From a virus, in the IMG/VR virus record IMGVR_UViG_3300032087_005679, positions 1 to 64,000 of that record: a DNA stretch of 64,000 bases; one strand, given 5' to 3'. Positions 38,165-47,679 of the stretch are shown here, piece by piece. Each line of letters begins with the position of its first letter. The first letter of the stretch is position 1. The notes under the pieces are model-generated. The model saw only the letters and a list, made by a program, of their open reading frames with translations, was not told the DNA's origin and did not search any database. The position numbers and the translations under genes are program-made.

Positions 38165-38851
38165 CTAATTAAAATCTCCTTCGTTCCACTTCTTTTTAAA
38201 TAAGCGATATTTTTCTCTCATTTTATTAAGGGCACTCACAATCTGTTTAGTGTTAAGACCTGTAATCTCTCTCATATAAAGATAAATTGCTTTCTTATTG
38301 AATATCTCTATTTGTTCTATGTTTTCCATCAAAGTAATGACGGCGTTGAGAACCTTCTCTTCGTTGGGTTTTAGTTTTAAGTTTTGCCATGTGTTTATTT
38401 CGGACATCAAAGACATCCAAAATTGCTGATCTTCTAAATCGGAATAAAAGTCGCCACTATTATTATCGTCTAAAATTTCTACTTCCCTTATCATCTGATC
38501 GTAGGGAACTTCTCTTTTGTTCTTCTTTGTCTGCTTCTTAGCCTTGTGTGTAAACCAGTTCTTTGTTACAACTGAAAAGTAAGAGAAGGCTTTCTTATTC
38601 TTAGATGGATCAAATTTACTTAAGATTGTTGTAAGCCATATCTTACAATCATCTTTGTGTAATTCAATATTTTCGAGGGACGTAAACTTATAAGTATAAA
38701 CAATCTTATTTACAAGCTCATCAAAAGCAGGTTGGATATGTTCTATATAGAGATCAGACCTTATCTGTGTGTCGTCGGTATTACAATAACTTACGATAGC
38801 CTCTTCTGTTTTTTCAGTGAAGTAATAATTTTTCTTTTTCTTTTTAGTCAT
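38165..38851 (-). CDS. Phage RNA polymerase sigma factor for late transcription (T4 gp55-like)
   Basis: N-terminal NYYF, sigma region-2-like KFDPSKNKKAFSYFSVVTKNWF (cf. gp55 FDP..K..AY.T), C-terminal HTH-like IREITGLNTKQI-type segment. Confidence 0.7.
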   Translation of the reverse strand: MTKKKKKNYYFTEKTEEAIVSYCNTDDTQIRSDLYIEHIQPAFDELVNKIVYTYKFTSLENIELHKDDCKIWLTTILSKFDPSKNKKAFSYFSVVTKNWFTHKAKKQTKKNKREVPYDQMIREVEILDDNNSGDFYSDLEDQQFWMSLMSEINTWQNLKLKPNEEKVLNAVITLMENIEQIEIFNKKAIYLYMREITGLNTKQIVSALNKMREKYRLFKKKWNEGDFN

Positions 38852-39140
38852 TGCTTTCCTCTAAAACAGATTGGTTAGTGTCAAGATATGTGTCTAAATC
38901 TCCTACGAGATCATTAGTGTGTTTAAGAAGCGCTTCTAATACTGGTTCACCAAAAAACAAATCTCTATTGTAAACTTCTGATAGGTGATTTTCGTACTCC
39001 ACGATTGATTCAAGAACCACCCTAGTATCAGAATCCATATTGTAAACATAGGTGATAAGCTTTTTACAATACCAAAGTAACATAATATTAGCAATAACTG
39101 AAATAGCTAATATCGGTATCGTGATCCATAGAACATTCAT
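38844..39140 (-). CDS. Small membrane-anchored hypothetical protein
   Basis: N-terminal hydrophobic helix VLWITIPILAISVIANIMLLWY; overlaps neighbours. Confidence 0.75.
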   Translation of the reverse strand: MNVLWITIPILAISVIANIMLLWYCKKLITYVYNMDSDTRVVLESIVEYENHLSEVYNRDLFFGEPVLEALLKHTNDLVGDLDTYLDTNQSVLEESND

Positions 39141-39397
39141 TTTTTATACACTCTTTTACTTATTTTACTTTTGTAGTTTTTTAACTCTTCTCTTCCTTCT
39201 TCTATAGCTTCTAAAACTTTACTTCCTCTTTTTTCCTTGCCACCATCTGTCTTTTTAACTGTTTGTAAAATAGAAGACAGGTTCTTCTTTATATTCTTAG
39301 AGCCACATTCCAGACAAGAAATGTCCTTATCTTTATACGAATGTCTTATCTGTGATTGCTTCTTGCATTCTAAGCAATCATAAAGATATAGTGGCAT
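39137..39397 (-). CDS. FmdB-family zinc-ribbon protein
   Basis: MPLYLYDCLEC...CLECGS signature. Confidence 0.8.
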   Translation of the reverse strand: MPLYLYDCLECKKQSQIRHSYKDKDISCLECGSKNIKKNLSSILQTVKKTDGGKEKRGSKVLEAIEEGREELKNYKSKISKRVYKK

Positions 39398-39576
39398 TAT
39401 TCAACTTCGAAAGCTGGCTTTGTTGGTGCAAAAGTTGGTGGATTAGTTACAACAATCTCGTCGTCTTTCACTTCTAGATCCCAGTCCGATAGAAGTTCTG
39501 TAATATCACTTTCTTCTGCTAAGCACTTCTGCAAAGTCATCAAAAGGGCACCAATTGCTTGATTAGATAGTTTCAT
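39397..39576 (-). CDS. 59-aa hypothetical protein MKLSNQAIGALLMTLQK...PAFEVE (not in the ORF track)
   Basis: AAGGAG SD; TAATG overlap with the FmdB-like gene; fills the gap exactly. Confidence 0.8.
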   Translation of the reverse strand: MKLSNQAIGALLMTLQKCLAEESDITELLSDWDLEVKDDEIVVTNPPTFAPTKPAFEVE

Positions 39577-39612
39577 TTATTTTCTCCTTGTCTTTATCAT
39601 ACATAAGTTTTG

Positions 39613-40488
39613 CTAATTGTTTAAATGTAGTTCCTTTTTAAGGTTCTCAAAACACTCAGCAATACCTTGCCTAATGTCTATTTCAGCATACCATCCTAGA
39701 TTATTTATTGGCTCAATATCTGCCTGAGTGAATAGAATATCTCCCGGTCGATCTGGAACATATTCAAATTCAATATCTGGAAAGTGCTCCAGTACTATTT
39801 TCTTTATCTCATTTAGCGATATGTTTTTTCCGGTACCAATATCAAAATATTGTCCGTGAAAATCTGTTTCTGATTCCATTGCAAAGATATTGGCGCTAAC
39901 CACATCTTTTACATTTACCATGTCCCTTCTTTGTTCTCCATCGCCAGTAATAAAAGGATTACGACCATCCCTAATATACTGCATATAGTTTGATATGGCT
40001 GTAGCATATGGTCCAGTTGCCGATTGGTCTGGGGAATAAACATTGAAATATCTAAGAGTTACTGTATCGATGTCGAAAACTTTTGCATATAAACGGCACT
40101 CCATTTCTGATATCAATTTTTGAAGACCGTAAGGACTATTGGGGCTTGTACCATCACCAACAACAGATGATGACCCAGAGTAAACTACTCTCTTAGCCTT
40201 TACTTTCCTAGCAAAATTCAATACCTTGGTAGTAGCCAAAACATTATTTGTCATGGTTTCTACAGGGTATTCCATACTATAAGCCACTCTAGGGATACAT
40301 GCCATGTGAAAAATAACTTCTGGCTTGAACCATTCATAAGCTTTATCATTATCAAACACAGATAATAAATCTTGATTTGGATCATTTTTATAATCAATGC
40401 CTATAACTTCGTGACCTTGATTTTCTAGCTCTTTAAATAAATGAGTACCAATATAACCTTGGTGACCTGTAACTAAACATCTAGTCAT
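39613..40488 (-). CDS. NAD-dependent epimerase/dehydratase (extended SDR, GalE-like)
   Basis: VTGHQGYIG, YGLQK, LRYFNVY, GDGEQRRD. Confidence 0.9.
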   Translation of the reverse strand: MTRCLVTGHQGYIGTHLFKELENQGHEVIGIDYKNDPNQDLLSVFDNDKAYEWFKPEVIFHMACIPRVAYSMEYPVETMTNNVLATTKVLNFARKVKAKRVVYSGSSSVVGDGTSPNSPYGLQKLISEMECRLYAKVFDIDTVTLRYFNVYSPDQSATGPYATAISNYMQYIRDGRNPFITGDGEQRRDMVNVKDVVSANIFAMESETDFHGQYFDIGTGKNISLNEIKKIVLEHFPDIEFEYVPDRPGDILFTQADIEPINNLGWYAEIDIRQGIAECFENLKKELHLNN

Positions 40489-41416
40489 TTGTTTTGCCTC
40501 TTATGTTAGGATAATTATTTACAAACCACTCACAAGACTTTTTTATTCCTGTATCGAATTTAGTATATTTATTTTCATCCCACCCTAAATCAAGTAAGTT
40601 CTTGTTACTGCTTGGTTTTCTAAACTGTCCGTTTGGCATATTAGGATTCCAGGAAATTTCTCCTTGGTATCCTAAATTACTACACAAAGATTCAGCAACC
40701 TCTCGAATAGAGAGTTCGTCTGTGTATCCTATGTTTATCGGCTCAGATTCACCATAGTTGTCAATTAAGTAAAATAAAATTTCTGCAATGTCGAGAGAAT
40801 AAGTAAACTCACGCCTTGGAGATCCATCACCCCACACTTCCACGGTAGGATCATCGTTTAGTTTTGCCTCATATATTCGTCTCATAAGGGCAGGTATGAC
40901 ATGTCCGTCTTCAAGGTGGTAGTTATCATTCTCACCATATAAATTGTTAGGAATAGCACACATAAAATTACAGCCATATTGTTGGCGATATGCTCTACTT
41001 TGTACCTCAATCATTCTTTTAGAGTATGCATACCCAAAATTAGATGAGTGAGGAGGTCCTAAATGTAATTGCTCCTCAGTAATTGGATAGGTTACACTGT
41101 CTGGATAGACGCAAGTAGAAAGCATCGATACAACTTTATTAACACCAGAAAGCATACTTGAGTGCAAAACATTTGAATTTATCTTACAATTTTCAGTAAA
41201 AAAATCACCAACGTAATCTGTGTTTGCTTTTACTCCACCCACACGAGCAGCTAAATGAATGACTGTATCATAATGCCCGCTTTTGATAAAGTCAAGAACT
41301 TCTTCCTCATTGACTAGATCAAGATCAGATCGAGTCGGGAAGTCAGCGTCAGGTTTCACTTGCTTTATAGCATGTCCGACCATACCAGAACCACCAGTAA
41401 CTAATATTTTACTCAT
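40481..41416 (-). CDS. fcl: GDP-L-fucose synthase
   Basis: TGGSGMVG, HLAARVGGVKAN, STCVYP, YAYSK, PNNLYG, HVIPAL, VWGDGSPRREF. Confidence 0.9.
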   Translation of the reverse strand: MSKILVTGGSGMVGHAIKQVKPDADFPTRSDLDLVNEEEVLDFIKSGHYDTVIHLAARVGGVKANTDYVGDFFTENCKINSNVLHSSMLSGVNKVVSMLSTCVYPDSVTYPITEEQLHLGPPHSSNFGYAYSKRMIEVQSRAYRQQYGCNFMCAIPNNLYGENDNYHLEDGHVIPALMRRIYEAKLNDDPTVEVWGDGSPRREFTYSLDIAEILFYLIDNYGESEPINIGYTDELSIREVAESLCSNLGYQGEISWNPNMPNGQFRKPSSNKNLLDLGWDENKYTKFDTGIKKSCEWFVNNYPNIRGKTND

Positions 41417-42278
41417 CGATAACTGCCCTGCCTTTTAGTTTTTCCCAGTCTTTTTCAGGTCTTACTTCTAAATTTTTTTCCCAGACTGCTCTGAGTACTT
41501 GTGGTCTTACACCAATTTTATCCATCATATAAATCATAGCATTAACATCTTTAGGAAAACAAGAGCCACCAAAGCCTCTTTTTCCATCAGGTCCTGGAAC
41601 AGAGAAGTGACTTGTACCAATTCTAGTGTCATACACCGAAGCTTCCACAACCCTGTTATAGTCAGCATTTAGACTGTCACATAGTTGCCTCATTTCATTA
41701 GCAAATGAAACTTTAGTAGCGAGGTAACAGTTACAGAAATATTTAGTTATTTCTGCTTCTAAAGACCCACACATAACATACGGGACTTCTGGAAATTGCC
41801 TCATGTACATTGTCTTAATTTTTTCAAGTGATTCATTGCAATTATCCCCACCCAAAACAATCCTTTTCTGATTCTTAAAATCTTCTATATGATTTGCTTC
41901 CGTTAAAAACTCAGGATTGAAGATCACATCTATGAATTGAGAAGTCTCTTGCTGCAATCTATAAGTTGTGCCTGGAGGGACTGTTGATTTGACGACAACA
42001 ATTTTGTTACTGTATTGATTAGTGGCAGTTAGCTTGTCTATTTCGAAAACTGTTTGCTGTACTAGAGATATATCACACGAACCATCTTGCCTCATTGGAG
42101 TAGGAAGGCAAACAAAAAGTATATTAGATTTAGATACTAATTCTTCTAAATTCTTAACAGTCGATAAATCTTCATTGTATTTATCATAAGTTTCAACTTT
42201 GTTTTTTTCGCACAGTCCAGTTCTGATGGAAGATCCGACGAAGCCACAACCAACTATCCCAATTCTTGTATTATTCAT
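41409..42278 (-). CDS. UDP-glucose/GDP-mannose dehydrogenase family protein (short, lacks C-terminal domain)
   Basis: GCGFVG, VCLPTP, KSTVPPGT, FNPEFL, GFGGSCFPKD; 289 aa. Confidence 0.88.
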   Translation of the reverse strand: MNNTRIGIVGCGFVGSSIRTGLCEKNKVETYDKYNEDLSTVKNLEELVSKSNILFVCLPTPMRQDGSCDISLVQQTVFEIDKLTATNQYSNKIVVVKSTVPPGTTYRLQQETSQFIDVIFNPEFLTEANHIEDFKNQKRIVLGGDNCNESLEKIKTMYMRQFPEVPYVMCGSLEAEITKYFCNCYLATKVSFANEMRQLCDSLNADYNRVVEASVYDTRIGTSHFSVPGPDGKRGFGGSCFPKDVNAMIYMMDKIGVRPQVLRAVWEKNLEVRPEKDWEKLKGRAVIDE

Positions 42279-42957
42279 AAGTTATATTGTTATCCACTGA
42301 AATTATTAATATCAACTTGTCATCTTGTGCTTTGTGATATGTAAAACTAGATACCTTCTCAGAAGTTTCTAATATATTTTCTAGATAATCTTTATTTATG
42401 TAGACATACTGGCAAACTACTTGATCTTTAATAATGATTCTATCTTCTATTGTTGCAGTAGAAGTGGTTTCATATGGAAATCCTCCGTTATAGCGACTTA
42501 AATTTTCTAAATATTCTTTCTGAAAAGGTTTAAATAAAGATATAAATATTTCCTTAGATGCAACTCTAATAAGTTCTTCGACGGCTGATTTAGTGTCTTT
42601 TACATGATTCAATACATCATGGCAAATGACACACTCATAAGAATTATCCCCAAATGGTAATCTCTCTATAGGAGTTTCATGGACATCTATACCATTATCC
42701 TTACCTATTTTAACATATTTTGGTGTTATCTCAGTTGCTGAATATTTTATATCATATCCATCACCTAGAAACCCATAGTATTCACTAAATATGCCTGCGC
42801 CAACATCCAAGACACTTTTATATCCCCTCGCACGAATCACCTGTCTTGTCTCAACCTTGAATTGTGATTTTTTATTTCCACACCATTCAGCAAACTGGCT
42901 GACATCAAGATGGTTTTCCCAATAACTAACTTCTTTTTTTATTCCCATTTGTTCCAA
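42271..42957 (-). CDS. Class I SAM-dependent methyltransferase
   Basis: VLDVGAG, LPFGDNSYECVICHDVLNH; alternative start at 42948. Confidence 0.85.
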   Translation of the reverse strand: MEQMGIKKEVSYWENHLDVSQFAEWCGNKKSQFKVETRQVIRARGYKSVLDVGAGIFSEYYGFLGDGYDIKYSATEITPKYVKIGKDNGIDVHETPIERLPFGDNSYECVICHDVLNHVKDTKSAVEELIRVASKEIFISLFKPFQKEYLENLSRYNGGFPYETTSTATIEDRIIIKDQVVCQYVYINKDYLENILETSEKVSSFTYHKAQDDKLILIISVDNNITYE

Positions 42958-43766
42958 CCCTTAAAATTTACTTGACTTAGGTTTTTATTTGAGGCACCTT
43001 TCCAAGGTCGCCAAGGTCCATATACACTAACTTGAGATGCATCACTTAGTGCTGAAGCCCACCACCCAAGGGTCCCATGTTGAAACATTATATTATCAAA
43101 AGATCTTATAAAATTAAAATCTTCTACAATTGTTCTTTTTTCCATGATTGGTTTATATTCTGCAAAACCTTCAACGAATGAATTGAAATAATCGACCGAC
43201 TCTTGGGGAGATACTCTATTTTCAACGGGAACGTTATAATGAAAACTCATATTGGCTAATTCTGTCTCATCTATAAAATCCCACTTAGGCATATCAGTTA
43301 CGATATGAAGTTTATTAAAATCAAATTTCTCTATTGCACGTTTATAATTTTCCACTTGTGGTTTTGAATAAAATTCATTCTTATAAAAAAGCCTGTCTCC
43401 AGCCCTAAAGTGTATAACTAGGTCTTTATCTTTTCTTTTTTCTACCTTGGGATACCAAGATTTTATCTTGTTTATGTCGTCACTAAAGTATCGATAATCT
43501 TCAAAGTATCCTGACAAGATGAATGTTTCGTTTTTGTATTTTTTATCGAAACACATCTTATATGCATTTTCTGAAACCATTATACCAGAAACACTTGTGC
43601 TCTTGATGAACTTGACACCTAATGATTCTAACGAACTAATAGCATAATAATCTTCACTTGGAGGAATACAGAACACCTCTTGCTCTAGATGTTCGGCTAA
43701 CAGCCTAGCTGCATTGTATTGAAAAAGGTTATTCCCAAAACCATTTGTCAATATAGATGCAATCAT
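42939..43766 (-). CDS. GT11-like alpha-1,2-fucosyltransferase
   Basis: GFGNNLFQY, GYFE, IHFRAGD (HxRxxD), TLGWWAS. Confidence 0.8.
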   Translation of the reverse strand: MIASILTNGFGNNLFQYNAARLLAEHLEQEVFCIPPSEDYYAISSLESLGVKFIKSTSVSGIMVSENAYKMCFDKKYKNETFILSGYFEDYRYFSDDINKIKSWYPKVEKRKDKDLVIHFRAGDRLFYKNEFYSKPQVENYKRAIEKFDFNKLHIVTDMPKWDFIDETELANMSFHYNVPVENRVSPQESVDYFNSFVEGFAEYKPIMEKRTIVEDFNFIRSFDNIMFQHGTLGWWASALSDASQVSVYGPWRPWKGASNKNLSQVNFKGWNKWE

Positions 43767-43772
43767 TCTATC

Positions 43773-44444
43773 TTATCCTAAAACAACATTTTTAGTCATG
43801 ATGACTGGTTCGAACTGAGGGTGTTTATTTGTTAGTTTCCAGTTTTTACTTTGTTCTATAAACTCATCTATCGCAACATTTACACCTTGTTTGTCTTCTG
43901 AGTTTTCTAAATCGACAAACATATGCTTCACATGTTCATGTGTACTTTCTTCACTATAAAAGGCATCTTTTCCTGCGTGCTTACCATTATAATCATCAGC
44001 AAAACAGATTGCTTTTTCTTCTGTTATTTTATCAAAAAACTTTAATTCTTGAGACACTGTTGAATAATTGTGATCCCCATCTAGCAAGATACAATCAAAC
44101 TTTATACCTTGTTTTTCCAGTTCAGGTAAATAATTTAAGCTGTTCTCAATTACATAATAATAATTTGGATTTTTACTATTTGTATGTATCTTGTTTTCAA
44201 AACAAAATGCAGGTCGAACTCCATTCAAGAATTGCAGTTGTGTCTTGAATGTCTCATCCTCACGAACATCAACTCCAACAAAGATAAAGTTTATACCCAA
44301 AGTTGTCAAGTTACTCAATAGAGGCATAGCTGTCTGGGCTTTATCAACACCAATTTCCAATATTTTAACTGGTCTCGATGGATTTTCTTTATAGACTGCC
44401 TTACAAAATTCAGTCATCGTATTGACATATCCTAAATATGACAT
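43773..44444 (-). CDS. Class I SAM-dependent methyltransferase (Methyltransf_24-like)
   Basis: ILEIGV, FDCILLDGDHNY, ADDY, GVNVAIDEF; start reassigned to ATG 44444 just after upstream TAA. Confidence 0.82.
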   Translation of the reverse strand: MSYLGYVNTMTEFCKAVYKENPSRPVKILEIGVDKAQTAMPLLSNLTTLGINFIFVGVDVREDETFKTQLQFLNGVRPAFCFENKIHTNSKNPNYYYVIENSLNYLPELEKQGIKFDCILLDGDHNYSTVSQELKFFDKITEEKAICFADDYNGKHAGKDAFYSEESTHEHVKHMFVDLENSEDKQGVNVAIDEFIEQSKNWKLTNKHPQFEPVIMTKNVVLG

Positions 44445-44445
44445 T

Positions 44446-45246
44446 TTACATTTCCTTTCTAATAACTGGATCAACAAGTGAGCCATCATGGTTTATTAGT
44501 TTTTCTTCTTTATTCCTATGAGGAAATTCAGTTATAGGCTGTGATTTATCATAGCCATAAAATGGCAAACAAATGCTTGGTATCAAAATCGTTTCAAAAG
44601 AATTTATCCTAATGTAGTCTTCTAGTGCTAACTCTGGGCAAGGAAAATTATTATCGGTCCTGGATTCATCTTCACCATCAAGATATACGAAAGAACAATA
44701 TGTATCAAATGTTTTTTGATTACAGAAAGAAAAAAACCATGGGTCCCTATGTCCGCTAGGATAAACTGTGCTATACAGTCTATTATCCTGTATCGCAAAT
44801 TGTGACATGTCTACAGGCACTGGAAAATGAGAGTTATCTGGTCGTAGTCTTACAACTATATCATATTCAAAACCTTGCTGATTTGCATATTCTTTTGCCA
44901 TCAGGAAGCCTTTTCGAATGTTTCTCATTTGATTATTCATTTTCCTTTTAAAATAACCTAAAGTGCCAAAATCATCAGAATCTAAATTTTCATATTCATC
45001 AATATACAAGTCTTTGATTCGATCTCCATAAACTGCTTTTATTTCCTCTGCTAATTTTTCGGATGGTATTGCTGTTGTTGTTTTATACTCTTGTGTTATA
45101 TTATCTCCAACTGTATGCATAGTATTTTTATTACAAGCATAGATAAAAACATCCATGTTATTAACGTCGATCAAGTGATTGATGTGGTTCAAAGCATTTA
45201 CTTTATAATCTCTAAGTTGTCCTGTAATAACCGCCGCTATTCTCAT
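44446..45246 (-). CDS. Putative glycosyltransferase-like protein
   Basis: AAVITGQLR, DVFIY, YDIVVRLRPD motifs typical of uncharacterised glycan-cluster proteins. Confidence 0.5.
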   Translation of the reverse strand: MRIAAVITGQLRDYKVNALNHINHLIDVNNMDVFIYACNKNTMHTVGDNITQEYKTTTAIPSEKLAEEIKAVYGDRIKDLYIDEYENLDSDDFGTLGYFKRKMNNQMRNIRKGFLMAKEYANQQGFEYDIVVRLRPDNSHFPVPVDMSQFAIQDNRLYSTVYPSGHRDPWFFSFCNQKTFDTYCSFVYLDGEDESRTDNNFPCPELALEDYIRINSFETILIPSICLPFYGYDKSQPITEFPHRNKEEKLINHDGSLVDPVIRKEM

Positions 45247-46439
45247 ATTACTTCTACCTTTGGAAAATACTTAATAAATTTTAAAGATGAATTAGTAATT
45301 TCATTAGCCCTGTTACTAATTTCCCTAAAAAAGTTCCAGGCTAGTGGCACTACGACTAATTTATCTTTATCTTCTGATACTAATGACGTTGGGTTTTTGA
45401 TTTCTATATTTCTTCCTGGAGTCATTAGATCCCATTTCAACTCATTGTCATCCACAATGTAATCTAAATCTATCTCAGCAAAGTTTAGAAAAGTATTACC
45501 TTTTGCGGCAGCACCGTACCCTACCACCTTATATCCATCAGACTTAAATTTCTCAACAACATTCCGAAAATCGTTTACAACACTTAGGCAGTTGTTTGCA
45601 TACTGTTTATATGTCTCTGAATTATAAAGCCCTCTGTTATTTTCGTTTTGAATTTGTTTGTCTGCAAGAGACTCGTCTCTATCCCCTAATTGTAAAACAA
45701 AGACATAACTCCCACCATGGACCTCTGTCTTCCTTACATCCACCAGAGAAAACCCATTTATATTAGCACACATCTTCATCGATAAAGAACTAAAAAATGA
45801 AAGATGTTCGTGATAAATGGTATCAAACTGACTATCAAGTATCATGTCTGCTTGGGAAGTTTGTATAATAACATAACCATCATCATTTAGGCTGACAACA
45901 CAAGCTTGAAGAAAATCATGCACGTCGTCAACATGGGCGAAGACATTTTGCGCTGTTATAAGATCAAACTTTGTTTGAAATGATAGGGCTACCTCAGGAT
46001 TCCAATATTCGCATAATACATTATGATTATCTTTACTAAGTGGGTATAAATTTTCTGCTGGGTCAACGCCGAAAGTTTCCCACCCCTGTTCTTTGAATTT
46101 ATCTAATTGAGTACCATCATTACAAGCAATATCTAAAACCTTGCCTTTTTTCTTGGTGTATTCTTCGCACAAACCTACAAAATCAGAAAAATATTGGTGT
46201 AGAGTCTTACTTGTGCCACTAACATATAAATAATCTCTAAACATCAAGTCTGGATTTACTACGACGCTTAGTTGTGTGTGAAAACAATCATTACAGGTGC
46301 AAATTTTCAAAGGATAAGATTTTTGATCTTCCCCTTTATGGTAACTATTGGCTAGAGGTTGCTTATTTAAATCCAAAACCTCAGTTAGATTTTCTGATTT
46401 ACAAACTCTACAATTATTTACTTCTGTATATTCTAGCAT
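45243..46439 (-). CDS. NDP-hexose C-methyltransferase (zinc-binding, Methyltransf_13/14)
   Basis: CRVC, QPLAN, CNDC..QL, LDIACNDG, NVFAHV, DTIYHEHLSFF, GYGAAAKGNT. Confidence 0.9.
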   Translation of the reverse strand: MLEYTEVNNCRVCKSENLTEVLDLNKQPLANSYHKGEDQKSYPLKICTCNDCFHTQLSVVVNPDLMFRDYLYVSGTSKTLHQYFSDFVGLCEEYTKKKGKVLDIACNDGTQLDKFKEQGWETFGVDPAENLYPLSKDNHNVLCEYWNPEVALSFQTKFDLITAQNVFAHVDDVHDFLQACVVSLNDDGYVIIQTSQADMILDSQFDTIYHEHLSFFSSLSMKMCANINGFSLVDVRKTEVHGGSYVFVLQLGDRDESLADKQIQNENNRGLYNSETYKQYANNCLSVVNDFRNVVEKFKSDGYKVVGYGAAAKGNTFLNFAEIDLDYIVDDNELKWDLMTPGRNIEIKNPTSLVSEDKDKLVVVPLAWNFFREISNRANEITNSSLKFIKYFPKVEVI

Positions 46440-47361
46440 CTGATCTGTTCCCCATATTCATGGAATTATAATTATCTACCAGTGATTTGGTAATACTCTC
46501 CACTGTCTCTTCAAATTCAAAATCAAACTCTTTTTCAAATTTTTCGGGGTTTATCAAAAAATCATACGCTTTTGCTTGAAGCTTAACATTTGTTATAATT
46601 TCTGGTGGTTTGTCGGATATAACCAATTCAGCACCTGTTACTTTAGCTACCCCAGATGCAATATCTTTGGCATTTGAATTAAAAGAAGCCAGGTTATACA
46701 TCCCTTTGTTAGACTCATTACCTTTTTCTATGATTGTTTTAACCGCTCGACATAAGTCAGAAATACCAAGTATTGGTCGATTGACTTCTGGATTGAAACA
46801 AAATATCTTTTTGTTTTCTATCGCATTATAGGTCATAGCATTAATCATAATATCGTTTCTCAAGTTAGGAGAATATCCGTTGACAGTTCCAAACCTAAGT
46901 CCAAAATAAGTCTTACTTGACAATTCTGCATATGAGTCTATTTCATGCTTAGATAAATCATAAAAGTTATTTGGCTTAAACTTTGAATAAGATTCATCTA
47001 CCACTCTGGTACCAGTGTCACCATAAACAGAGGAACTACTTGCATATATAAACAATTGTTTGTCATCGATCTTACCTAGTAGTTCGGCAAAATTTACCAC
47101 GTTATTTCTTAGTGTTGACATCATATTATTTTCGCACATTTTTACACTAGAATGCCCGGCTAAAAGAATAACAACACTTTTATCAATCAAGTCTCCATCA
47201 TTTATGGAGTTCATATCCTTGTCTAGATTATTAGGATTACAAAAGTTACCAAACCATTCAGTGTCAATAGTTGACACATCATACTCTTCCTTGAGGTGAT
47301 TATATAAACGAGTACCAATGTACCCACAACCACCAATTATTAGAACCTTCTTTTTTACCAT
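46414..47361 (-). CDS. NAD-dependent epimerase/dehydratase
   Basis: IGGCGYIG, ASSSSVYG, YDLSK, LRFGTVNGYSP. Confidence 0.88.
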   Translation of the reverse strand: MVKKKVLIIGGCGYIGTRLYNHLKEEYDVSTIDTEWFGNFCNPNNLDKDMNSINDGDLIDKSVVILLAGHSSVKMCENNMMSTLRNNVVNFAELLGKIDDKQLFIYASSSSVYGDTGTRVVDESYSKFKPNNFYDLSKHEIDSYAELSSKTYFGLRFGTVNGYSPNLRNDIMINAMTYNAIENKKIFCFNPEVNRPILGISDLCRAVKTIIEKGNESNKGMYNLASFNSNAKDIASGVAKVTGAELVISDKPPEIITNVKLQAKAYDFLINPEKFEKEFDFEFEETVESITKSLVDNYNSMNMGNRSDARIYRSK

Positions 47362-47663
47362 ATCCTGTGGCGACCTCTTAATATTTCATAAAACATGATC
47401 CAATCACATGCCTTAGCTTTTAACGTGGTCCAGCCGTAATCTTTTTTACCTTCCCATGCTAAAGGTTTGTTTTTTTCGAAAACGCCATGAGCGACCCAAG
47501 CAAAAGGATAAACAACTAAAGGAATGAGCGGGAATAAAAACCAGTACCAATTATACACTACTGTAAAAGTAAATGCAATTGTAAACAACTGACCTAAGAA
47601 GTGTAATAGTTTACACTTTGGGTGTTGATGTAGTGTTAGATAAAATTCGTAGTATTCTTTCAT
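47355..47663 (-). CDS. DUF962/Mpo1-like small membrane protein
   Basis: FYLTLHQHP..LHFLG, FAWVAHGVFEKNKP; AAGGAG SD. Confidence 0.8.
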   Translation of the reverse strand: MKEYYEFYLTLHQHPKCKLLHFLGQLFTIAFTFTVVYNWYWFLFPLIPLVVYPFAWVAHGVFEKNKPLAWEGKKDYGWTTLKAKACDWIMFYEILRGRHRIW

Positions 47664-47679
47664 ATTTTGTCTCCTTACA

